Assembly: GCA_036918135.1 (NCBI GenBank)
Contig: JBALDB010000051.1
Span: 128,001-192,000, forward strand
Reading direction: 5' to 3'
From: Nostoc sp.
Lineage (GTDB): Bacteria; Cyanobacteriota; Cyanobacteriia; Cyanobacteriales; Nostocaceae
DNA length: 64,000 bases
Under the pieces are notes generated by a model. The model was not told the origin of the DNA. It made no database searches and was given only the letters and a program-made list of their open reading frames with translations. A program made the translations under genes and the position numbers. Positions within the stretch are counted from its first letter, which is position 1. Every line of letters starts with the position of its first letter. Shown here piece by piece: positions 10,541 through 20,337 of this stretch.

Positions 10541-10864
10541 TTAAATGTCTTCTTCTGTAAAATCTTCTTCACTTAATTCTTCATACAGTAAATCTAATCC
10601 AATTAATACTCTTTCTCTATCTGAGAGGTCGCCAATAATTTTGCGAACTGGTGGAGGCAAAATTTTAGATAATGTAGGTGTCGCCAATATTTTATCTTCT
10701 TCGGCTAGTTGCGGGCTTTTAAGGACATCGATCACTTTTAAAGCATAAACACCTTCAAATTCTTGTTCTAAAATATTTTTGAGTATTTTTAATGCCCGTA
10801 CTGAATTAGGAGTGTTCCCTGCTACATAAAGCTTGAGAACATAGGTCTTTCTGGCTTTATTCAT
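10541..10864 (-). CDS. kaiB: Circadian clock protein KaiB
   Basis: [17 protein letters not shown]...[19 protein letters not shown]. Confidence 0.98.
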   Translation of the reverse strand: MNKARKTYVLKLYVAGNTPNSVRALKILKNILEQEFEGVYALKVIDVLKSPQLAEEDKILATPTLSKILPPPVRKIIGDLSDRERVLIGLDLLYEELSEEDFTEEDI

Positions 10865-10968
10865 AAAGTTACAGGCTAATTATTACAAAAGATATATAAG
10901 ATGCGATCGCGCATTGAAAGTAAATAATAGCCGTAGCTTGTGCAGATTGTAACATCGATAAATTTAAT

Positions 10969-11550
10969 TTATTTATAAATCGAACATCTATAGACTTCGC
11001 ACAAGTGAGCCAGGATCTCTATCAATGTCAGACGATAATCCAATAACGTTTCATTGCTCCTTCCTTCTAATTTTAGCTGTTTAGAGAATTCATCAATTAT
11101 TTCCATGTGAATCTCAATAATTTGAGGCACAGGAATATTAGCATAAAATATAGTATTGATAAATTTATCAATTTTTTCTTTGAGGGTTTTGTCTGTGGTA
11201 AAATAATCTATAAGAATCTGAGTGTAATCTAATTTCAAACGTTTTAAGAATTCTTGACGTTCTCCTACACTCATTTGTTGAAAATGCTGTTGCTTTTGTG
11301 ATGAGTGATTAGCAAATACACCAATATACTTGCCATTATCTGATTCAATTGGGTGGCGTTGCGACCAAAGTAGTGAAGCATTGATTGTTCCACAAGAAGT
11401 TACAGCAATAGGTAGATGGCAAAAGTGGTTAAAAATATTAGAAATAAAATTACATATCCAGACGCTTATACCATTTTGGTTGGTTAACTGGGCTGAATTC
11501 TTTAAATATTTGTTAACATCACGTTGCTGAATCAATATAGGTAATAACAT
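10969..11550 (-). CDS. kaiA: Circadian clock protein KaiA (short Nostocales form)
   Basis: C-terminal KaiA domain IHMEIIDEFSKQLKLEGRS...LLDYRLTLI..LAHLCEVYR; upstream of kaiB. The start codon is uncertain. Confidence 0.92.
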   Translation of the reverse strand: MLLPILIQQRDVNKYLKNSAQLTNQNGISVWICNFISNIFNHFCHLPIAVTSCGTINASLLWSQRHPIESDNGKYIGVFANHSSQKQQHFQQMSVGERQEFLKRLKLDYTQILIDYFTTDKTLKEKIDKFINTIFYANIPVPQIIEIHMEIIDEFSKQLKLEGRSNETLLDYRLTLIEILAHLCEVYRCSIYK

Positions 11551-12033
11551 TTATTGTCTGTCTATCTACTCAAGCGACTTGATTGAAAAGCGCGGGCTGA
11601 ATAAGTGTGGCAAACGCTTCTAGAGTAATACTGGGTGTGTAGTCAAATTGTGGTTTTCAGGCAAAATAACGCTCTCGTGTTAACACTTAGGTCAACCACT
11701 CATCAACCTTGTGCAACAGCACAGTTGTAGGAGTTAGTAGGTCTTAGCTCGGGTATGTATCGACAACTGATTATTTGGATATGCATATGTAGATATACAG
11801 ATAGATAGACTTTTTTATTTTGCTCGTTGATAAGATACTTAAACGAACTTAAAGGATTGTCGGATTCTAAATCATTATAATTCCTCAAGGTTCTAAAGCG
11901 AATCTTTGGAGCCATAATTGTTTTAGCTGTCGCTATCGATGAGGAGTTTAAATACCAGTAAGACACCGATGAGGCTATTTGCTAAAAATGAGGAGTGGCA
12001 AAAACTTCCATCTGCCTCTGTTTTTAAGGTTGG

Positions 12034-15000
12034 ATGCCAGCAAGTGTCTGTAAAATTAAATCCTGTTATTTTAATGGCGTTGAAATCCTAACCAAAATTG
12101 CTTATATGAGTCTTCTCAAAGGATATGGCTTCAGGTGCAAAGAACATCGGCAGATGGCAGATGGGAATGCCAGAGGTTTCCGGAGGAAGAATGACCCCCA
12201 AAGCCCTATGTCAATGCTAGATTACCCGCTTTATGACTTTCAGGCAACCGTACCAAGCTGCCCCCAAACAACAACTCTGGCGGTGGTGCTGGAGATTTTT
12301 GAGCAACAGCAGTGCGATCGCTTAGTAGTATTAAATCAACAGCAATACCCCATCGGATTGCTGTACTCCATCCGTTTAATCGAAAAATTATTAGGTCATA
12401 GCGACGAAAAAAATTTAAATTTACAACAATCAGTCTCTATTTGGGGACAAGCTCTGATTGACCCAATACAGACAATACCAGTTTCTGAGCGTGTAGAGCA
12501 ATTAATTTCGCGTTTATCCCAACAAACTAAAAAACCGCAAAACTTAGATTGGGCGTTGATTGACTGTGATGGGAAATATTTGGGGCTGGTGGATACTTCA
12601 CGCCTATTGCGATCGCTGGCTAAGGAAAAAACGGCTGGGTCACTCAGTTCTGGCGAGCATCGCCATAGATATGATGCTGGGCAAACTCACTCTCAGGCGC
12701 AGACGCCAAATCAACTCAAGTCATTGGTACAAAAGCCATTGGTGAAGTTGTTAGAAAGACTGCCTTGGCCTTTGATGTTGGAAACGAGTACTGGCGAGGT
12801 AGTAGCCCAAAATCCTGCTTGGTGGCAGCAGTTAGGAGTTTTAAAAGACCCAGAAGGAGTCAGAGAACAAGTAAAGGCAATACTTAGCCCCTTGCGAGCC
12901 AAAAAATCAGAATACGTTAAGCAACGAGGAATCAAAGTTCATGCCAATGGTGGTGAAGAACAACTAACGCCACAGTTGTTGGTTAAGAGTGAAGCAATAC
13001 CCGAACCAGGCTTATCTACTCTGAATAATCCTAGAGAACAGCCCAAAACCCAAGAAACTACATCCAGTCACTGCTTTTTGGATAGTCAACTAGGTACTTG
13101 TACCTGCGTTGTCGAAGTGCAAAATGGTCAAGAACGAATTTGGCAGTTTGCCAAAATTCCATTAGATAGTCCAGAGTTGAAACTTATGAGTGCCGAATCA
13201 GAGATGGCACTTAGCAGTGATTTGTGGTTAGTTTTAGCAACTGATGTCACCGAACAGCAGCAGCTTTGCAAAGAACTATCAGCCAAGAATGCGGATTTAA
13301 TTCAACTAAATCGCTTGAAAGATGAATTTTTAGCTTGTATTAGTCACGAGCTGAAAACTCCCCTAACTGCCGTTTTGGGATTATCGCGATTGCTAGCAGA
13401 TCGGCAGTTAGGAGAACTCAACGAGCGTCAAGCCCGTTATGCGGGACTGATTCATCAAAGCGGACGCCATTTGATGAGTGTGGTCAATGACATTTTAGAT
13501 TTGACCAGGATGGAGACGGGACAAATGGAGCTGACACCAGCCCCAGTCAAAATTCGGGCTGTGTGCGATCGCGCTTTATCTGAAGTCAAAGCCATTCAGA
13601 CTCAAACTGCCAAAGCTACCGTAGCCTCCTCAACTCAAAAGACCCGTTCATCTGCTCCCCAATTCTCTCTCTCTATTGAACCAGGTTTAGACCAAATTGT
13701 CGCAGATGAATTACGCCTGCGCCAGATGCTCATCCACTTACTTTCCAACGCCTTTAAATTCACCGAAGTATCAGGCGAAATTGGGCTGCGAGTGAGTTGT
13801 TGGGAAGGATGGATTGCCTTTACAGTTTGGGATACAGGCATTGGTATTCCCGAACACCAGCAACATTTAATATTTCAAAAATTCCAACAACTGGAAAATC
13901 CCCTGACGCGCCAGTTTGAAGGCACGGGTTTGGGGCTGGTATTAACTCGCGCCCTGGCTCGTCTCCACGGTGGAGATGTGAGCTTTTTATCTCGTGAAGG
14001 TAAAGGTAGCCAGTTCACACTCCTGTTACCACCCAGTCCCCCAAAAACAGGTTTTGCAGAGTCAGATATCGCAACTAGAGAAGACGGGCAAATACGACAC
14101 CAACAGACACCAGAAATTCTCCCACTAGGTCGTCAGCATGTCACAAAGTCCCCACAATTTCATACTACTAGTTCGCAACGGTTGGTCTTAGTAGTCGAGG
14201 CAGTAGCCCGATATATTGAAGATTTGACCGAACAACTCAAAAGTTTAGGATATCGCGTAGTGATTGCGCGATCGGGGACAGAAGCAGTAGAAAAAGCTCG
14301 GCGCTTGCAACCAATAGCAATATTTCTCAATCCTTTGCTGCCCTTGCTCTCAGGGTGGGATGTGTTGACCTTACTTAAGTCTGACAGCGCAACCCGTCAT
14401 ATATCTGTAATTCTCACAGCAACGGCAGCAGAAAAGGAGCAAGCATTTGCCAACCGAGCCGATGGTTTCTTAAGCTTGCCAGTAGAATATCAGGTCTTGG
14501 CACCACTGTTAGAAAAATTATGTACTGCACAAGGAGTTTTACAGCTAGGGTCAGACAATAGCGTCAATCTCCCAACTAAGACGCCACTGCGAATTCTTAG
14601 GTTAGTGAATCCCGATCTAGAATCCGTCAATCCCCACTCCTCACTGCGAGAACATCGGGTGATTGAAGTCGATGACCTAAATCAGGCAGAATTGTTGGCG
14701 CGGGTGTGGCAATTTGATGTAATTTTGCTTGATGTCGAGAGTACCACTGCCCAAACTTATTTGCAACAACTAATTGAGCATCCACGTTTAGCGGCCATAC
14801 CGTTGGTTACTTGCGATGCTGCAACCACTCTAAAAGCCTCTCAGATACCGGGATTATCTGTATTTCCTTGTTTAACACCACTTGGAAAAGACAACAGCAC
14901 TCCCACCGAGAAAACAGATGCCTTACTATCAGTACTGCAAATTGCTTCTGGTGTTTGCTGCCCTCCCAACATTTTAGTAGTGGATTTGACAAAGCTGCGC

Positions 15001-15513
15001 GATTTACCACAGGCAAGACGCAAGCAAGCCAAAGGTTATCGCCTAGAAAAAAATTGCTCGATCGCTAGTGAAACACCCGAACGGGGGTCTGAGTGGTTCC
15101 AAGCTTTAATTCAGTACTTGCAAACAGCAGGCTTGAAAGCAGCGATGAGTCCTTGTTGGGCAGAAGTGTTACAACAAATTCGGCATCAAAGCGTTGACTT
15201 ATTGCTAATTTGCTTAGGAGAATCTGCTATCCACAAAGAGGTACTGAAAGCATTGAAAAGATTGGGAGAGTCACCCTCGAAATTACCACCAATTTTAATA
15301 CTTAACCAACCATTGAATTGCCCAGACACTATTTCTCAACCTGGGGTGGCTGACAAGGAAATTGACAAGCCCGATCGCAATGCTTTGGAATCGGTAGAAA
15401 CTATTGTTGGTGCTATCGCTACCCAGATATTACCGCGATCGATTTCTATGGAAGATTTGTTAAGCCAGATTAATCAAGCTTTAGCTCTCAACAGCCAAAA
15501 TGACAAATCTTAA
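12034..15513 (+). CDS. Hybrid sensor histidine kinase (CBS-like N-terminus, HisKA, HATPase_c, several receiver-like domains)
   Basis: ISHELKTPL H-box, NAFKFT, DTGIGI, GTGLGL and C-terminal REC-like folds. The true start may be downstream (around 12208). Confidence 0.9.
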   Translation: MPASVCKIKSCYFNGVEILTKIAYMSLLKGYGFRCKEHRQMADGNARGFRRKNDPQSPMSMLDYPLYDFQATVPSCPQTTTLAVVLEIFEQQQCDRLVVLNQQQYPIGLLYSIRLIEKLLGHSDEKNLNLQQSVSIWGQALIDPIQTIPVSERVEQLISRLSQQTKKPQNLDWALIDCDGKYLGLVDTSRLLRSLAKEKTAGSLSSGEHRHRYDAGQTHSQAQTPNQLKSLVQKPLVKLLERLPWPLMLETSTGEVVAQNPAWWQQLGVLKDPEGVREQVKAILSPLRAKKSEYVKQRGIKVHANGGEEQLTPQLLVKSEAIPEPGLSTLNNPREQPKTQETTSSHCFLDSQLGTCTCVVEVQNGQERIWQFAKIPLDSPELKLMSAESEMALSSDLWLVLATDVTEQQQLCKELSAKNADLIQLNRLKDEFLACISHELKTPLTAVLGLSRLLADRQLGELNERQARYAGLIHQSGRHLMSVVNDILDLTRMETGQMELTPAPVKIRAVCDRALSEVKAIQTQTAKATVASSTQKTRSSAPQFSLSIEPGLDQIVADELRLRQMLIHLLSNAFKFTEVSGEIGLRVSCWEGWIAFTVWDTGIGIPEHQQHLIFQKFQQLENPLTRQFEGTGLGLVLTRALARLHGGDVSFLSREGKGSQFTLLLPPSPPKTGFAESDIATREDGQIRHQQTPEILPLGRQHVTKSPQFHTTSSQRLVLVVEAVARYIEDLTEQLKSLGYRVVIARSGTEAVEKARRLQPIAIFLNPLLPLLSGWDVLTLLKSDSATRHISVILTATAAEKEQAFANRADGFLSLPVEYQVLAPLLEKLCTAQGVLQLGSDNSVNLPTKTPLRILRLVNPDLESVNPHSSLREHRVIEVDDLNQAELLARVWQFDVILLDVESTTAQTYLQQLIEHPRLAAIPLVTCDAATTLKASQIPGLSVFPCLTPLGKDNSTPTEKTDALLSVLQIASGVCCPPNILVVDLTKLRDLPQARRKQAKGYRLEKNCSIASETPERGSEWFQALIQYLQTAGLKAAMSPCWAEVLQQIRHQSVDLLLICLGESAIHKEVLKALKRLGESPSKLPPILILNQPLNCPDTISQPGVADKEIDKPDRNALESVETIVGAIATQILPRSISMEDLLSQINQALALNSQNDKS

Positions 15514-15574
15514 TCGCGTCATTGGTCATTTGTTCAAAGTCCAATTGCAGATGACTAATAACTTTTTAATAGTT

Positions 15575-17539
15575 TTATGATATTTCCATTTTTTTCTTTT
15601 TAACCAAAGGAATGCGAATCAAATTATAAGCACCTTTGGTAGATAAATTCTTGTAATCATCTGGCTGCAAGTCCATTTGGAGAAACTTTTTCTGCTCAGC
15701 TAACAGCAGCAATGAAGGAGGTTGTAGTGTCTTGGTAGCCTGGTTTTGAATATGCTCTACCGCCTGTTGGGGAAATGTTAAATAATTTACATTAATGTGG
15801 CTATAAAATACTACACTAGGCTTTTTAAAGCCAAGCATAACCAGTTCTTCATTTGGTTGTTTAACTTGTTGTATGATTGCAGACAACTCTCTTAACGGTA
15901 ATTGACGTTCGCGATCGATAAAAAATGAAGTAGGCGCGAGGACAAAAATTAAAAACGCGACAAATCCCACTACATTCATACTGATAATATAGTCCCAGCG
16001 GCGATTTAATAGTAAACCCGCAACCAAAACTGCACAAACGAGCCAAATTACGCCGCCAATGACTGGTAAACCAGATTGTTTAATTAGTTGGTGGAAGTTA
16101 GTTATAGCTGGATCGCTACCTAATATTTGGGTGATGTTAAACAGTGCGGTTGCCAGAACTGATAAAAACGCTACATTCAACCAGCCACTCCACACAAGGG
16201 AAGACGCAGGGATGGGGAGACAGGGTGATGCGGGGAGTAATTTACCAGTGCCCCCGTATGTTTGTGTATCTGTGTTATCTTTATCTTGGTCTCCGTGTTT
16301 CTGTGTCGGCGTGCCCGAAAAAAGGTCACTCCACAACAGCGCTACTAGGATGGCTGCTGCTGGCATTAAAGGCAACACGTAACTAGGAAGTTTGGTGACA
16401 GCAATAGTAAAAAAGCCAAATACACCAGCAAACCAGAACCATGCAAATAAACTCAATTGCTGAAAACGTTCTTGAGAGAGCCATCGCGATCGCTGCCAAA
16501 ATTTCAGCCTGAATATTGCTACTGGTAAATACACTGAGTATGGTGCAAAGCCTAACAATACTATGAGAAAGTAAAAATACCAGGGTGCGGAGTGACCATT
16601 AACTACTTCTGTAAACCGTTCTAAGTTATGATAACCAAAAAAGGCATTAATATAATTCCAACCATTACGCCAAATCACTAATGCATACCAGGGCACTGAT
16701 AAACCAAAAATTATCAGTAAACCTACTAAGAGGCGCATTTCCCGGAATACCTCTTTTAGCTTGCCCACGTAAACTAAAAAGGCGACAATAATTAACCCTG
16801 GTAAGACAATTCCCACTGGCCCCTTAGTTAAAATTGCAGCAGCAATTAGTATGTAGCAAGCTAAGTACCACTTATTAGGAAATGGGGAACTCGGAGCCCC
16901 CTCTGGGGATAAGGGGTAACGGGGATTAGAGATTAGCGGTTGGGAAAAGTTCTCCCCAGTCCCTTGTTTTGCATATCCTAGAAAGAAACATAATAATGCT
17001 GATGCCATGCAGCCCGTAAGCAGCATATCAGAGACACCAGTTCTCGCCCAAATAATTGTTTCCCCATTGAGTGCCATCAACGCTGCTGCTAAAAAAGATA
17101 TTAAGTAGCGGCGAGTAGGACGTGAAACTTGCTCTAATTGGTCTTGTTTAACCAGATACCACTGTACAGTGTAAAAAGCTAAACAAATTAAGCCGAATGC
17201 AGCGATCGCAGAAGGAAGGCGTACTGCCCACTCATTGACTCCAATAATTGCATAAGCGATTGCCTGACACCAGTAAATTAAAGCAGGTTTATCGAAACGA
17301 GTGTCACCATCGAAAAATGGCGTGATCCAATCACCTGTAATCAACATCTGACGGGAAGCCTCTGCAAACAGCGGCTCTGTCTCATCAATCAAGCCAATGT
17401 TGCCTAAATTCCACCCAAAAGCTATCCAGCCAATCGCTATCAACCCGAAAATCGACAGGGTTAAACCAAGGGTTGGATTATTTCCTATTTTGTTGAACCA
17501 CCGATCGACAGTGCCCTTCACACTCAATTTCATTCTCAT
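15575..17539 (-). CDS. ArnT/PMT-family (GT83/GT39) glycosyltransferase
   Basis: DETEPLFAEASRQM, RFDKPAL.YW, LTKGPVG and TKLPSYVLP, with many transmembrane helices. Confidence 0.9.
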   Translation of the reverse strand: MRMKLSVKGTVDRWFNKIGNNPTLGLTLSIFGLIAIGWIAFGWNLGNIGLIDETEPLFAEASRQMLITGDWITPFFDGDTRFDKPALIYWCQAIAYAIIGVNEWAVRLPSAIAAFGLICLAFYTVQWYLVKQDQLEQVSRPTRRYLISFLAAALMALNGETIIWARTGVSDMLLTGCMASALLCFFLGYAKQGTGENFSQPLISNPRYPLSPEGAPSSPFPNKWYLACYILIAAAILTKGPVGIVLPGLIIVAFLVYVGKLKEVFREMRLLVGLLIIFGLSVPWYALVIWRNGWNYINAFFGYHNLERFTEVVNGHSAPWYFYFLIVLLGFAPYSVYLPVAIFRLKFWQRSRWLSQERFQQLSLFAWFWFAGVFGFFTIAVTKLPSYVLPLMPAAAILVALLWSDLFSGTPTQKHGDQDKDNTDTQTYGGTGKLLPASPCLPIPASSLVWSGWLNVAFLSVLATALFNITQILGSDPAITNFHQLIKQSGLPVIGGVIWLVCAVLVAGLLLNRRWDYIISMNVVGFVAFLIFVLAPTSFFIDRERQLPLRELSAIIQQVKQPNEELVMLGFKKPSVVFYSHINVNYLTFPQQAVEHIQNQATKTLQPPSLLLLAEQKKFLQMDLQPDDYKNLSTKGAYNLIRIPLVKKKKMEIS

Positions 17540-17720
17540 TAGTCAATAGTCAACAATTACTAGTCAATAGTCGTTGCTTGTCTATATTTTGTTCTTATTT
17601 AGAAAAAACAATTGCTCAGTAAATAATTGAGCAAAATTCATTATACGGCTTAAGGGGAAGTTTGAAGGACAACACAGGTAGACACAGAATATATAACTTT
17701 TAACTCCTCACCTCACTCAA

Positions 17721-18356
17721 CTATGGACTCAGTACTAGTTGCCATTCTTTGCTTTGGGAATTCCACTTAGGTGATTCAGTTTCTCCGACAACATAAGGGC
17801 CCCAGTAACGACGGGAACCATCTTGGGCAAAGGCAACTAAAATATCTCCCTTCTCCAGTTTCAAATTATTCTGAGGTAGAGATAAAACTAGTCCCTTGTC
17901 ACTACCTTCTTGAGGAGCAAAATCCCAATGTGCTGGAACATCATGTTTAATCTGTTTAACACCAGAGCTATTTGCTACAGATTCTCGTGCCAGTAATGCT
18001 AGGCGCACAGGCTGATTAGTTTGATTGCTCATCCGCAAAGTTCCTCGATCCTTGACTTTAGTAGCCGATTGATCGCGATTTGCTAAGACAGGATAAGTAT
18101 TCTCTTTAGTGCTATGTTCTACTTTATTGCTTGGGTTCGTTGCTGGAGTCGCTAGGCTAGTGGAGATACCTTTTTCTGGCGAAACCGATGTAGACGAATT
18201 GATCTCCTGCTCAGAAGTCTTACTTGGTTGTTGTGAAGATGTATCTGGGTTTGTGGACTCAAAAGATACGCTCACTCCCAAGCATCCCACTAGAGCAACA
18301 AGCACTCCCAAGCAACAAGCTGTAACGCCAAGGTTACGATACACTGAAGTTTTCAT
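17721..18356 (-). CDS. Conserved hypothetical exported protein
   Basis: Signal-like N-terminus, Ser/Thr linker and a C-terminal HWDFAP..GS...RYWGPYVVG domain. Confidence 0.7.
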   Translation of the reverse strand: MKTSVYRNLGVTACCLGVLVALVGCLGVSVSFESTNPDTSSQQPSKTSEQEINSSTSVSPEKGISTSLATPATNPSNKVEHSTKENTYPVLANRDQSATKVKDRGTLRMSNQTNQPVRLALLARESVANSSGVKQIKHDVPAHWDFAPQEGSDKGLVLSLPQNNLKLEKGDILVAFAQDGSRRYWGPYVVGETESPKWNSQSKEWQLVLSP

Positions 18357-18917
18357 ATTGATAGTTATTAGAAATAAATATTTGTTTAGGCTTGACCAAA
18401 TAGTAGCCTATTATCATAAAAGGCAATTGCAAAAAGTAGCCTAATATAGATTTTCCTAAAATTAGGCAGAGGAATGCACGAGCGATATCATTTGAAGTTA
18501 CAAATATTTTTGGGAAATAATTCCTTTGATGTTTGACTCACAAGAAGTGTAGAGACCGATTGCTTAGTATTTTATCCGTAAGTTTGCATAAAAATAAGAC
18601 AATTAGATACTTAATCAGGAAATTGATTTGTATAAGACAATAAAAGTTTTGTGAAACCGCTAGCGGCCTCAACAAAGCGTCGATTGCCAAACCTGAGATA
18701 AATCTAGGCAGTATATTTCATCTGGGAGATGGGAAAGTCACCTTTGAAAGACTTGCATTTCCCTGAAGATGATAAAATTTACAAAAAATTTGAATAAACA
18801 CTGGAAGCCCAGTAGATATCTATAATATTAACAAACAAACTAATCTAATACCAATTTCCGCAATCTGAATATCGATATATTTTAAGATATGTTGACTTTC
18901 TGCCAAAAGTCCCTTTA

Positions 18918-19250
18918 ATGCAAAATACTCGTCTGAATAACTTGTTCGATGCCATTGCTAGACAGTTGGGGCAATGGTTCCTAAACCCTTGGCGGCGACA
19001 ATCGTTGCTGATAATTAGTTTTTTGTTCGGTTTTTTTCTGGGAAATGCAGTTTCTACTACAGCTGGTCAAGAAGGTGTATTAGACATTGTAGTAGCTGCT
19101 TTTTTAGTACTGTTGACGGAAATTACTAGTAGGATATTTTATAGTCGCGGCTTTTTGTCAAGGCGATCGCTCTTGGTTGACTCACTCAATCTCCTAAAAG
19201 TTGGTTTCATCTACAGCCTGTTTCTGGAAGCGTTTAAGCTGGGATCTTAA
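18918..19250 (+). CDS. DUF565 / Ycf20-family protein
   Basis: MQNTRL...NPWRR...LEAFKLGS signature. Confidence 0.85.
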   Translation: MQNTRLNNLFDAIARQLGQWFLNPWRRQSLLIISFLFGFFLGNAVSTTAGQEGVLDIVVAAFLVLLTEITSRIFYSRGFLSRRSLLVDSLNLLKVGFIYSLFLEAFKLGS

Positions 19251-19251
19251 A

Positions 19252-20259
19252 ATGGGGAAATGGAAAGATGGGGAAGCAACAGAAGCGGCGTTGGCAAATG
19301 AGTTGAGGGCAAAAGCTTTTGGAATCACGCCGGAAAATGTAGATGAGGTGATAGAAAAGCGATCGCATTTACTAAAATCTGTTTTGCCAGCTTTTAACGA
19401 GTTCTGCCAAACTACTCTGCAAAGAGAACCCAAGGAAATGTTACAAGTTTTGTGGGACTTGTGGTTGCCTTTGGGGATTAAACTCGCATCGCACCATCAA
19501 CAGTTGGGACGGCCTTTGATTCAGGGAATTTTGGGAGGACAAGGGACTGGAAAAACTACAATGTGCAAAGTTCTCGGCTTGATTCTCCATCAGTTGGGAT
19601 ACCGGACTTTGAGTTTGTCTTTGGATGACTTATATAAAACTTACAGCGATCGCTTACTTTTAACAAAACAAGATCCCCGCTTGATTTGGCGCGGCCCTCC
19701 AGGAACCCATGATATCGACTTAGGTTTAAATGTACTAGACCGAATCCGCGATTTCCAAAGTCCAGTTATGGTTCCCCGATTTGATAAATCTGCTTATGGG
19801 GGTGCTGGCGATCGCACTAATCCAGAAATCGTTACAAACACAGATATAGTACTATTTGAAGGTTGGTTTGTGGGCGTGCGACCAATCGACCCAGATTTAT
19901 TTGATACTGCACCGTCGCCAATTCTCACAGATGAAGATAAAGCATTTGCCCGCGATATGAATCTTCGCCTCCACGATTATCTACCACTGTGGGAGCGATT
20001 AGACAGCTTAATTGTGCTGTATCCCACCGATTACCGCTGTTCTTTGGAGTGGCGCAAACAGGCAGAACACCAGATGATTGCTGCGGGTAAATCGGGGATG
20101 ACCGACACAGAAATAGAGCAATTTGTCAATTACTTTTGGCGATCGCTTCACCCAGAATTATTCATCAAACTGTTAGTAAAAGATGCGACAGCAGTTGATT
20201 TAGTAATTGAGATTAATGGCGATCGGAGTATTGGTAAAGTTTATGGCGATCGGGCTTAG
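19252..20259 (+). CDS. Plant-type (class III) D-glycerate 3-kinase
   Basis: GGQGTGKTT, SLDDLY, RGPPGTHD, PRFDKS..GAGDR, FEGWFVG and WRKQAE. The start was moved to the ATG just after the ycf20 stop. Confidence 0.85.
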   Translation: MGKWKDGEATEAALANELRAKAFGITPENVDEVIEKRSHLLKSVLPAFNEFCQTTLQREPKEMLQVLWDLWLPLGIKLASHHQQLGRPLIQGILGGQGTGKTTMCKVLGLILHQLGYRTLSLSLDDLYKTYSDRLLLTKQDPRLIWRGPPGTHDIDLGLNVLDRIRDFQSPVMVPRFDKSAYGGAGDRTNPEIVTNTDIVLFEGWFVGVRPIDPDLFDTAPSPILTDEDKAFARDMNLRLHDYLPLWERLDSLIVLYPTDYRCSLEWRKQAEHQMIAAGKSGMTDTEIEQFVNYFWRSLHPELFIKLLVKDATAVDLVIEINGDRSIGKVYGDRA

Positions 20260-20337
20260 CGCGTTACTTCTCAAGCAAATCAGCTAAAAACACTATAATT
20301 TGCTTAAGCGTGATTTATTCTACTCCTTAGACCGAAA

